This document shows positions 52,341-64,000 of a stretch of 64,000 nucleotides of DNA, one piece after another. Origin of the DNA: Octopus sinensis (Eukaryota); contig NC_043001.1 of the NCBI RefSeq assembly GCF_006345805.1, positions 52,204,001 through 52,268,000 on the forward strand, in the 5' to 3' direction. The notes under the pieces were generated by a model. The model saw only the letters and a program-made list of their open reading frames with translations, did no database searches and was not told the origin of the DNA. A program made the translations under genes and the position numbers. How positions within the stretch are numbered: the stretch's first letter is position 1; every line of letters begins with the position of its first letter.

Positions 52341-55300
52341 CGTCTGTGTTTTACTTGGTTGAGTCATGCTGAGGCCATGCTGGGGTACAGCCTTGAAGGG
52401 TGTCGTCGAACAAATTGAATCCAGTGCATTGGTTTAAAAACCTGTTACTTATTATTTCGGTCGCTCTCGCTAAACTGCTACTTTAAAGGGAGCAACAAAC
52501 CGACACTAGTTTTCAACCAGTAGTGAATAGGAAACACGGACATACCAACTCACACATACATACGCACACACTCACACACAAACACACACACACACACACG
52601 CACACACACACACACACACAAATAGTTATCGGTTAAACTTAATTTTTCAAGAACCTACTTTTAAGAAAGAATTCTATTTTCTATATTTGTATATTTGTCA
52701 CTTCGTTTTAAGCAATTATCATACGCCTAAAAAAGAAAAAAAAGAAAACTACAATTTTTGAAACAGCGTTTTAGTATTTATTTTTTGCTTTAGAAAAATT
52801 CTAATAAAAACAATTGTTATCATGATTTGTATGTCTTTATCGGAATAAAAATAAAATCTTATCCCCTAATTTTTATTTTATATTTTATCATTTCTGTGAA
52901 ACTGTTCTTCTTTAACATGGTTTCACGTCATTACTTGAAGTGGGAAGAAATTATATAAATCAATTGTATTTTACTATTTTGGAACAAACTAGTTTAAATA
53001 TTTTCCAAACCCAGACATTTTTTAATATATTTAAGTATTTTCAAAATGGAATTCTGCTGCTTGAAAAGAGACTGCACCCGAACGGAGAGTAATCTAGTTA
53101 TATAATCTAAATTAAGATCGTGATTTGATGTAGCAAATTTATCAGCTTGAATCGCAGCTTACTCTTTTTTTCTACACTTAGTTTATTTCCTTTATTTCTT
53201 ATGTTTTTCTGTTTTCCAAGATTATTAGAATTTCTCTTCTTTTATGATGAGGAAACCAAGAAAGAAATTTTTCTGCGTATTTTCTTTTTTTGTTTTGTCG
53301 AGAATTATACACTACAAGAAAAACCTGTCGAGTCAACTTTGAACGTTTATGTGAGCATTAGCGATGCTAGAAATAAGAATCAAACCTCTCTTAACTCACT
53401 CAGTACCATCTTAAATAAGGTAAGATGCACCTTAGATAATGCTGTTCTAAAAACTCATAAAAAGAAACGCTGGTCACAGAACAGGATTATCTTGGATCAT
53501 CGGTCTCTTTCTTCTGGGGTGCTCTAGAGAAAGCTAACATTACAATCTACCATATACATTGATATCATACTATTTTCCCTAATTAATTTTAAAATGATAA
53601 ATACATCATATAATCTCCTGTTTATATGTTAACACTATAAATTGTAAAATAACATGAATTTGTACAACGAAAGAAACATTTCTGAGCAGGATGTTACATC
53701 TAATTAGAATAAGTTTAAGAATATGACTGACCACCATTTTTAACATCTGGTCGCTTCTCTTTGTTCATTGAGATTCTATTCAAGACATGACTCCTTGGAT
53801 AGCTTAGAAGGAGTCTTAAAATGTACTTCTTCGGACGAGAGCTTTGGTTATTGTTTTGGTCATCTACCTCTGTTTATCATTTAACTCTATAGTCCATATC
53901 TTGCTCAAATATGCTACCTCTTTTATGTTCAAACTGGTCAAACCTGGTCTCTAGCACCTACCCTGCTATGTCATTCTAAAAATAAACAATCTTATCGTAA
54001 CCTTGAAGCTACGAGATAAGGCATAATTAATTCAAAATAATGGGAATAAATAAGCCTTATATTTCGCAGAGCAATCTAAATGCGAGTCTTTTCCTTCATT
54101 CAATAAACTTACAGGAGTTGAAAGTTGAATATGGCGACTAGCTGTTTCTTAGCTCCAAGTCAACGTCGCTTGAGTAGAATAGGGATCAAATATGCTTCAG
54201 CCATGACCCTCCCATCTGCCTTACGTGTATGGCGATGTTAATCAATTAATCATATAATTATCAATGCAAACAAGAGTAGTGCTAAGAAATATATTGGCGT
54301 AACACAGGTAATGTCTTGAACCAACAGCTTTCGCGGGCTTTCTTCCGGAAGCAATAAATTGATTGCTGAAATAAATTCTGAAAAATTTTGAAGTTAGATC
54401 ATATGGCGATGTATTGTTCGTCATTGAAAGTTTCAAAATCAATGGAATGAAAATTTGCTTACGTGTTATATGAGATTTATGAAAAGTAAAATTAAAACAC
54501 AAGTAACCTAAATTATTTCTTTCCTTTTAAAATATGAGTGTTATCTTTTTCAGTTGATGGTTATCATGATAGATAGACAGACATATTGATAGATAAATAG
54601 ATAGATAGATAGGTAAATAGATAGATAGGTAGATAGATAGATGTGAGAGAAAGAAAGCAAGTGAAAAATATGTATACACATATTTTGCAGTCACTATATC
54701 TTTAAGTGATTCAAATCATGATGTATCATTTAAGCTATTCGTAAAATAAAATTCATATAACAGAAGTGTAGCAATGCTTTATAAGAGCTGGAGATAATCT
54801 TTCTGGTGCTATGGTTTTAAAACAGCTCCCCTTGACGACATAAGAATTTTATATTGGGCTTGATGCCTTCAGAATTACATGAGAGTTACTGTGGCAAATA
54901 CATATACTTTTTTTTAAATTCATGTCCTTTCAATCAAGATATTTTGCCACTGTCTCATATGCAGCGAAATTGGCAGTTTACAGTTTATAAATAATGTTTC
55001 AATGTATTCATATATCCAGATGTCTGAGTCTAGATGTGGCATAATCACCGAAATGATCAAATTCAATTACCAAACTTATACACGTAGATACGCATGAATA
55101 ACTTTCTGTCATGCGTGTTGTACATTAAGGCCAAACATTGATGAAGTTCAGTTCCTAAAGTATGTCATTCGCAGTAGATATGCCAGACCAAGTTACCCTT
55201 TAAACAACTGGTCATTTACCATTTCATGTATTTCGAGATCGAGGAAATAAGACATAGGAATGTCGTGGGGTCGATATAATAAAAAAAAACATCTCACACT

Positions 55301-55654
55301 ATATCCGCGTATATCTTCAGTATAATGATAACCAGAAAACGATAAAATTATTAGTACCTGATAACTTGTAATTTTCTTTATAACACAAGGTTAAAAATAC
55401 TTGTAATTTTTCGTGATAAGTTATCCGCAAATCTCTTGATATGTTCTTATCATCACTAATGTATCGATAAGCAGAATTAAGAAAAGAAAAGCGACCTAAC
55501 AATAATAAATATTTCTGTCGATATTTTGTCCAAACTCAAAAAAAGTAAGTGTTCTGACACATAACAATCAATTTAAATAGAAAGCGAACAGCATCTTCAT
55601 CTGTGCCAACCCCATTAGACTTTTAAATCGAAAAAAGATCAAGGACTACTATTC

Positions 55655-55780
55655 TTGATCGTAACTATACCGGTACTCAGTTTACTTAATTTAGATGAAT
55701 GAAAGGCAAAATCGACCTCGATAGAATTTAATAAGACGAAAATTCTTAACTAAATATCTCAAGGCATTTTTTTCTGATGC
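55655..55780 (-). mobile_element. degenerate family-B SINE
   Basis: atgaatgaaaggcaaaatcgacctcg.tagaattt. Confidence 0.55.
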
Positions 55781-57159
55781 TCAGCTGGGTCACTGTATCG
55801 CCCGGTGGGCAAAATATCTTGCTGCATAACTTCTAATATTACTTTCGTAGTTCAAATTATTTCCTTACTCAGAGATTGATAAAATTATGCACTAATTAAT
55901 TACTGGAGTCAGTGGTATTCGCTAAATCTCTCTCTCCAAAGCTGCTGTCCTTGTGTCTAAATTAGACGAAAATGTTATTATCGTTGTTGTTCATTGCTTC
56001 AACAGCTCCGAAAGTTGATGTTTTGTTTTACTTTTCAGCGGACTGTATATTTTACTTACAATGTTTTATCTTCTTTGTTTGACGAGTTCTTTAAGGTAGT
56101 GTGTACCTTTTTCTTTTACTGCTCCGCTGGAAATTTTAGGCAAATATAATTTTTCAGCCAAAACAAAATTTTCATTAATATCTTCAACACTTCATCATTA
56201 CTGGCTGAGTAGTAAGAGAGGAAAATGAAAGTAGAACATGATTTTGAATTTTAAGGCCAGCACCTCCACAGGATCGCAGCCATAGCAATAGCATAACCAG
56301 AAATATTAATAGTAACATCAATCACAACAGTAGCATCAGTCAAAACAGTAGCAAAAAACAATAACATTAACAATAAAAACATCAAACGCTAAAAGCAACA
56401 ACTGCAGCAATGAAGCCAACAAGAGCAAGAAAAATAATAGTAGCAGCAATGATTTGTCAAATAGGGCAGCAGATTGCAGTAATGGACCCGCCATTGTCAT
56501 CAACATTAACACCGGCAGAAGTGAAAACAAAATCATTGCACCATGAGTTCCCCAGTAGCAAAGGAGCCACTGTTGCCACATCAAGAAATGAAGAAAAATA
56601 GCAACAGAAAATACTACAACGACGGTAACATAAACTGACACAGCAGCTTTCTAGAACCAGCTGAAAAAGGATTGAAAAGCAGTTGTAGCAAGACAGACGT
56701 TATCACACGCACGAATCAATGTGGTTATGAACTAATAAAATTTTAATCACAGATTTTAGCGCAGAAGCACTCTATACAACCATGTAGAAATGAGAAATTT
56801 TACCTAATATCCGTTTTTTAGAATGAAGAGTGATAAGGGTGACACATCATGACGTTCTAGCACAATTTAACTTTTGCTGGGGAAACATAACAGAGCTAGA
56901 AGTTTAAAATAGAATTTTAAACAGAAATTCGAAATGAAAATTAGATTGAGATAGTGGTGTAGATCATGATATATATATCATGATCTGCAAACCCAAATAT
57001 GATCACAATTTCTAGCATTACAACATCCACAACACTAATAGTAACAACAAAACATGAATAATAGCATGTAATTATAGCAAGCTGAACTCGCAATATAAAG
57101 GGGTAGAAAAAATACTGTAAACGACGTTTCCATGCATTCATCCTACTTTACAAATCCAA

Positions 57160-57309
<150 letters not shown>

Positions 57310-57699
57310 TAAAAATCAGAAAAACGAATAAGAGTATCTGACTGGCAAGAGAAGTTGCGAGGAATAATAGTAGCGAGATTATGGTTATGGTTACAGAAAT
57401 TACGGCTGAAGAGGGAGGCAGAAAGTTTGATAGTAGCAGCATAAGATCAAGTATTGAGGACTATTTGGATGAAAGCCAAGATAGACAAAACCAGGCAGAT
57501 TCCCAATGTAGGTTATGAAAATCAAAAGAAGCAAGTGTTACTCATATAGTAACCTCGGGAGAGTAAAGCACTGAGAGCTATGTATAAAGCTAGGATTTGA
57601 ACATACTAATAATTGTAATAAATACAAGATGTGCGACTTTAACATTCAGACCGACAAATTAATAGAAGCTAGAAGGCCTGATTTAGTAGTAGTAGTAGC

Positions 57700-57759
<60 letters not shown>

Positions 57760-57760
57760 T

Positions 57761-57802
<42 letters not shown>

Positions 57803-57818
57803 GTAGTAGTAGTAGTAA

Positions 57819-57884
<66 letters not shown>

Positions 57885-58190
57885 AAGATAAAGAGAATAG
57901 AAAGTGCCAAATAATTGACTTTACAGTCCAAATGATAAAAAAAATCAATGTGAGAGGTATAGAAAAAATAGCAAAGTACCAGGACCTAGACACAGAATTA
58001 ATGAGACTATGGAAAGTGCGATTAAAATGTATCCCAGTAGTTACAGGTGCATTGAGAACTATACCAAAAGATCTGGACAGATGGATAGAAGAAATATGCA
58101 TAAAACACAGTTTATAGAGCTGCAGAAAAACAGTGTTATTAGGAATACCTCGGATACTTAGGAATACCTCGGATACTAACGTTATTTGTT
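57310..58190 (+). mobile_element. R4/Dong-type RLE LINE 3' fragment
   Basis: ESLIVAA*DQVLRT; DFNIQTDKLIEARRPDLVVV..DKENRKCQIIDF...EKIAKYQDL..L.RLW..IPVV.GAL (PD-(D/E)xK endonuclease). Confidence 0.88.
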
Positions 58191-58219
58191 AGGATTTTTT
58201 CTTTAATAATAATAATAAT

Positions 58220-58855
58220 AAGAGAAAGGGAAAGGGATTTATTGGATGCCATCACAGCATTAGAGTATAAGAAAACAACATAGCATGGTATATAAAAATG
58301 CCTCACAACCGCTATTATTAGAAGTAAGAAGGTCAGGCTTGTATAGGATGAAATATTGGCAAAGATAAAGCACTGTACAAGAAATTGAAAACGAATGAAA
58401 TTGAAAATAGGTGAGAAAGAAAAGAATAAATGATTAATTTCATAGGGATGTTGAAGATAAAACTGACAGAAAAAAATGGCTGTGGATGACTAAAAATGAT
58501 TTAAAACCGGAAACGGAGGTTCTAATCTGTGCTGCCTAAGAGCAAGTACTAAGAACAAACTACATAAAATACAGAATAGACAACACAGCAGAAAGTGATA
58601 AGTGCATATTACCAGCCAAAGTACGCCACTAGCCAGAAGAATATAAGAGACGCCACGACAATATAGCCAGTCTTGTCTAGTGGATACTTTGCAACAAGTA
58701 TGAACTTGACAGAGCAAAAGATTGGTACGACCACAAACAAGATAATAGGTAGCAACACTTTAGCCATCTCAGTTGTAAGTTACAGCTAGAATAGCCTTAA
58801 CGGGACTCTAAATGAACAAATCAAAATAGACAACGAAAATAATGACAGGATTTAG
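58220..58855 (+). mobile_element. R4/Dong-type LINE fragment (pre-endonuclease region)
   Basis: WLWMTKNDLKPETEVLICAA*EQVLRTNYIKYRID; YKRRHDNIA..W.LCNKY. Confidence 0.82.
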
Positions 58856-59160
58856 GATGCCCCACCCAAACTCTGACATAGAAAGGTTATATATAGACCG
58901 TATGGAAAGTGGTAGAGGCTATGCAGCTAGAAAACTATTACAAAATAACCACTATGGGACTACAAAAACAGCTACTTCAGAAGCATGAAAAATATCCTCA
59001 AAACACGAACAAAACAAAAAACTACTTTCTGTTTTTAAGATAGCTAACATACAAAAAGACGTCAAAGTACTTAGCAAGTATGGAGCAAAAAGAAAAACAG
59101 CAAAGGCTGTAAAACAACTGAAATTCAATCTGGAACTGGGATAGCGACGGTTCATGATAA
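58856..59160 (+). mobile_element. R4/Dong-type LINE fragment (post-RT region)
   Basis: HP.SDIERLYI.R.ESGRG..QLENYYKITTMGL. Confidence 0.65.
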
Positions 59161-59342
59161 TACGATGGTTATTATTATATCGGTAGTCTTATTTTTATGA
59201 CGTGCTTTCACTACCGATTGCAGCTCTGTGGTTTAGTGTATTGAAAATGTTTTATGTAGAATGTGTACGGTGCATAGTAGCACTATTTTCTGTATATTAT
59301 ATACACTTGTTAATCCTGGAGGTTTTGTTATGTATTTGTCTG
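59161..59342 (-). mobile_element. inverted 3' end of an R4/Dong-type copy
   Basis: reverse complement is homologous to 59960-60120 (cagacaaatacataacaaaacc.ccagga...aaaccacagagct). Confidence 0.8.
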
Positions 59343-59344
59343 GA

Positions 59345-60120
59345 AAATACTGGGTTAAACTAAATTGAAACAAATATGGACAAAGCAAAATCCCAGGAAT
59401 GGTTGAGAAGCTCAGGACTCAAAGCATAGACTGAAGGATTTTTAATTGCAGCACAAAACCAAAACCCCCCCACCAGAAATACCAAAAAGATATAGTGAAA
59501 AAAAACAAAAAAAACAATTACTGCAGAATATGTGAAGATAGGGAAGAAACAATATATCATATTATTGTTTCTGCCTGCCCAGTCATGTTTAAGAGAGAAT
59601 ATATTCACAGACATGACACAGTTGGGATCTATATACACTGAAAGCTATGCCAACACTATGGAATAACAACAGAAAAATGTCAGTATAGGCACACGCCAGG
59701 AAAGGTTACAGAAATGAGAAATGCCAATACACACAGATAGAGAAACTAAGGCCTATAGGCTGGATATAGTTCTCAGAAATCATTATAAAAGTGCTTTCTA
59801 CTCAAATTATCAATACCAACAGATGACAACGTTTCTCTAAAAGAAATGGAGAAAGTTTCAATATACAAAGATCTGGATATAGAGGAAACTCGAATGTGGA
59901 GTTTGAGAACAGAAACAATTCGTATAATAATAAGCGCATTAGGTATGATAAAAGAATATTCAGACAAATACATAACAAAACCACCAGGATTAGCAAGTAA
60001 TATAGAAAATGGCATTACTATGGACCGCACACATTCTACATAAAACACTCTCAATACAGTAAACCACAGAGCTACTCGGTAGTGAAAACACGTCATAAAA
60101 TGAAGACTATCGATATAATA
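59345..60120 (+). mobile_element. R4/Dong-type LINE 3' fragment with (AAT)n tail
   Basis: WLRSSGLKA*TEGFLIAAQ; CRIC...ETI.HI.SACP...EYIHRHDTVG; EK.S.YKDL.IE..RMW.L.TETI.II.SALG; (aat)n from ~60115. Confidence 0.88.
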
Positions 60121-60125
60121 ATAAC

Positions 60126-60172
<47 letters not shown>

Positions 60173-60269
60173 GAACAACAACAACAACAACAATAATAAT
60201 AATAACAATAAAATGAGCAAAAAGTATGTAAAAATGAACTTATAGTTGTAAAGATTAGCTACTCATCAA

Positions 60270-60995
60270 GATGTTCTTAGAAGATTGTCACAAATGACAA
60301 AAAAAAAATTAACAATAGCCTGGTTAGACTATAAAAAAGCTTTTGATAGCCTAACATATAGTTGGATTAGGAAATGTCTGGAAATGTATAAAATAGCTGC
60401 GAAACTATTTTGTTTGTAAGTATGAGATCATAGAGAACCATACTAACTTTGAACAGTGACAATGAATCTCTAAATGCTGGAGATGTAAGAATTTCATGTG
60501 GCATTTTCCAGGATGACTCATTATCACTACTCCTCTTTTGTCTAACCTTAATACCTCTCTCAAAATTGCTCAATGATGCACAGTACGGTCCTAAAATGTT
60601 TGATAAAGTATAAATCATCTCATTTACATTGATGAAATAAAGCTCTTTGCCAAAAAAAAAAAAAAAAATTACCAACAGCTACAGAGCTTACAAGAGATTT
60701 TAAAATAATTCAGTGCTGATATCAAGATGCAATATGGCCTTGATAAATGCGCAAAATCTACCCGTAGGAAAGTAAAAATGACAGAAACATCCAATGTTCA
60801 TATTGACCAGCAGAATTTCATGAAGAAGTTACTGAAATATGTAATCTTGACAGAAAAATACGAAATTGTTGACAATGCATAGAATACACCATCCTAAGGC
60901 AAATATAGAACTCTTTCCCTGCTAAGAAAAGAGGGTGGCCCTGGACTTTTACAACTGGAATTAACAATGAAGATTGCGACAATAGGCGTACACAT
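60270..60995 (+). mobile_element. R4/Dong-type RT fragment
   Basis: AWLDYKKAFDSL.YSWI..CLEMY; GIFQDDSLSLLLFCL; HLIYIDEIKLFAK; HPKANIE...RKEGG.GL. Confidence 0.85.
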
Positions 60996-60999
60996 TAAC

Positions 61000-62890
61000 A
61001 GGTCTCCTCGTAGGGAAAATATATGTTCTTTGCGGAAAACAATCTACTGCCAGTAGAACAAGCGGGATGCCGAAAAGAATCCAAGGACACCAAGAACCAC
61101 CTTATGATATACAAGGTTATAATGAAGAACTATATACGGTACCAAAAAATCTTATGCATGGCCTGTATGGACTTCAGAAAGACTTACTACATGCCACATT
61201 CGTGGATTTTGGAAACACTGGATATGTGTGGAGTTGAGAACGTATGTGCACCGATTGATTAAAAACAGCATGCCTAGTTGGGAAACACGTATTTCTTGTA
61301 ACAATTAGCACTTGACCGAGGTAACAATCAAAAGAGATATCTTCCAAGGAGACTTGTTGACCCTCGTTATTTGTTATAACCTTGATTTTATTTTCCTTGA
61401 TCCTAAGCAAAGTCAACACGCACTATGAGCTGAGAATGAATGGACCTCATCTCAACCACCTTCTCTTCATGGATGATTTAAAATTGTTCGCAAAAATTGA
61501 GCCTGAAATGATGAGGCCGATTGAAACTGAAAATATGCAACAAGGAGATAGGGGTGGAGTTCGGTATTTCAAAGTGTGCGGTGCTTACTTTCAATCAGGA
61601 AAACAGTAAAATGTAGGGACATAAGATTAATGGAAGATCCGGATGATGATGGGTACAAGTACCTTCGTATCTTGGAGCTGGATAATAACTTGCATAAAGA
61701 AGTGAAAGACAAGGTCATCACTGCATATTTCAAGCGCCTTAAACTTCTCTTAAACTCAAAACTCCACTCAAGGAAACTTGTGACTGCCATCAATATATGA
61801 GCCGTTGGTGTGGTCCGCTATAGTTCACCTAGCCCGAAATAAACACAAGCGGAGATTAACCAACTCGATCGCACAACCCGAACGTCAATGACAGTGTATG
61901 GTGCCCTAAGGCGAATGTACACATGCTCTACATGAAGAGGGGTAAAAGTGCACGTAGGCTGATTAGAGTACTGGAGTGCATCAACAGTGAAAGAAGAGCG
62001 TGGTAGAATATTTGGTAAACAGCCAACTACAGTATACTTTTAATTCAGAAGGACTTTATAAAAATGGACTTGAGAGTGCTCATGAATTCCGATCATGAAC
62101 AGCCAGCGAGAGCGAAGAAACCCTACTCCGTGTGGAATTACATGGTCAGTTCCACCATGAGATCAAGAAATTAAAAAACCAGGAAGCATCAGGGTGGTGG
62201 CTTAACAAGGTCGACCTAAAAAAGAATACTGAAAGCCTAATCATCGCTGCCTAGAACCAGACATTGAATACCAACTCAGTGAAAAAGAATATATACCACA
62301 CACGTGCAACAGACCGCTGCAGAATGTATGGGAAGAGAGTCGAAAGCGTGACTCACATTGTTAGTGCTTGTGAAAGTCTTGCGCAGAAAGAGTACAAGCG
62401 TAGACACGACAAGATAGCCCCAAAACTCCACTGGTTACTATGCCGTAAGTATGGATATGAGGTTACGGGTGCTTGGTACCAACATACACCGGAGAAAGTA
62501 ATGGACGAAAAGTGTAAGGCAAAATCCTCTGGGACTGACTTCCTGACAGGCATGGTATCAGAGCACCTTTAGGTGGGACAAACAAAAGAGGCTAATAATT
62601 GACATGGCAATGTCAGGAGATCAACATATCAACATGAAAGTAAAAGAAAAGATTGATGAATATGGAGACCTGAGAATTGCGATCGCTGAGATGTGGCACC
62701 TTCGAGAGTCAAACATAAAGATTATCTCTGTTGTCATGGGAAAATTGGGTTAAATAACACCCAATCTGAAATATCATCTGAAAACTTTAGAAATATCCTA
62801 CAATCTAGGTCTATTGCAAAAATCGGCATTACTTGGAACTGCACGCATATTGCGTAAAATACTGTCCGTCTGTGGGGCTTGTTGTGACTT
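61000..62890 (+). mobile_element. R4/Dong-type LINE, RT through endonuclease, heavily degraded
   Basis: EQAGCRK; DFRKTY..PHSWI; IFQGD; HLLFMDDLKLFAK; YKYL.ILE; RCRMYG...ESVTHIVSAC..LAQKEYKRRHD; LQKSALLGTARILRK.L. Confidence 0.92.
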
Positions 62891-62984
62891 GACAAACAGT
62901 ACATATTGTATTCTATGTGTCGTCTATAATAATGATAATAAAAACCCATTCTACAACAGGCACAAAGCCTAATAGTAATAATAA

Positions 62985-62991
62985 CAATGAC

Positions 62992-63080
<89 letters not shown>

Positions 63081-63103
63081 TAATAATAATGATAATAATA
63101 ATA

Positions 63104-63183
<80 letters not shown>

Positions 63184-63297
63184 TAATAATAATGATAATA
63201 ATAATAATAATGATAATAAATATAATACTAATACTAATAATAATAATAATAATAATAATAATGATAATAATAATAATAATGATAATAAATATAATAC

Positions 63298-63358
<61 letters not shown>

Positions 63359-63366
63359 AAGAAGAA
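62985..63366. repeat. (GAT)n(AAT)n(AAG)n compound microsatellite
   Basis: direct reading. Confidence 0.95.
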
Positions 63367-64000
63367 TAGTTTCTGATTTTGGCACAACGTCGGCAATTTA
63401 ATGAAATATGTGTGCATCCAGTGAAATTTGCGATATTAAAGTAGAGCGCACAATATACTGACCAAACGTTTCTAAATTTTAGATACTTTTTGAATAAATT
63501 GTTATAAGTTAAAATAAGATTGCTTTTATTAGACTGGCTGAAAAACTTCTTGACTACTCTATACCGAACTTCTACACATTTAACGATTGTTTGGAGAGAA
63601 GAGACAGATCGAAAAGTTAAGTGGTAAGAATATAAAACACAAGGGACGAACAAACTTTTTCAGGTTGTGAAGTAGACAGGCTGGTAAGTATAAAATAATC
63701 TGAAGGAATGTGATTTGCAAAATGTGAGACTTGTAATAGTTTATGTGTTCTTAGTCATGGAAAATTAAATATCTATTTTCACACAGTGCTGTGAAATTCG
63801 CCATTGACATTCTCCAGTAAAATTATTCACGAGTATGTATTGATTTATCCCCAAGTGCGCCATGTTTGGAAACACCAATGGTAAAAGGTGTATTCCCATA
63901 TTTCTGTTTTTTATTAGAAGCTACATTAACTAGTATGTTTTTTTATTAAGGAGGTGGGGGTAGGTTGAAATTTTGACTGTTTTTCCAGCAGATCGAGTAA

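Noticed and set aside
53881-54090. Possible degenerate TTAA-type (piggyBac-like) MITE
   Set aside because: Resemblance is from memory only; the termini are too decayed to verify here.
56280-56640. CAN/AAC-rich stretch giving 60-100-aa ORFs
   Set aside because: Decayed trinucleotide low-complexity sequence.
62734-63417. Poly-L/I/N ORFs
   Set aside because: Trinucleotide microsatellite translations.

Overview
AT-rich eukaryotic (animal) genomic DNA saturated with microsatellites and transposon relics. The SINE families and microsatellite load resemble octopus (coleoid cephalopod) DNA; this is recognition from memory, not a database result. I could not identify a host protein-coding gene, and most ORFs in the supplied track are translations of (TA)n/(CA)n/(AAT)n repeats. 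Supported content: at least five Penelope-like element (PLE) relics with RT and/or GIY-YIG domains; one full-length and two partial mariner transposons; a disrupted CR1-type LINE plus a second CR1 fragment; an RTE 3' end and a probable RTE 5' UTR; a pile-up of R4/Dong-type RLE LINE fragments at 57-63 kb; many tRNA-derived SINEs; and a solitary 5S rRNA copy. The most interesting signal is a set of hammerhead-ribozyme-like cores (13543, 24619, 24919 on the minus strand, 33768). Each is followed by a shared (c/t)tgagcg motif and a short, mostly T-rich tail that runs into a (TA)n microsatellite. One terminates a PLE, two stand alone with no coding DNA, and two meet tail-to-tail on one TA tract. 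This suggests a ribozyme-bearing, TA-microsatellite-targeting retroelement system that includes non-autonomous (retrozyme-like) members. A parallel pattern is seen for (TAA)n-associated R4/Dong elements.
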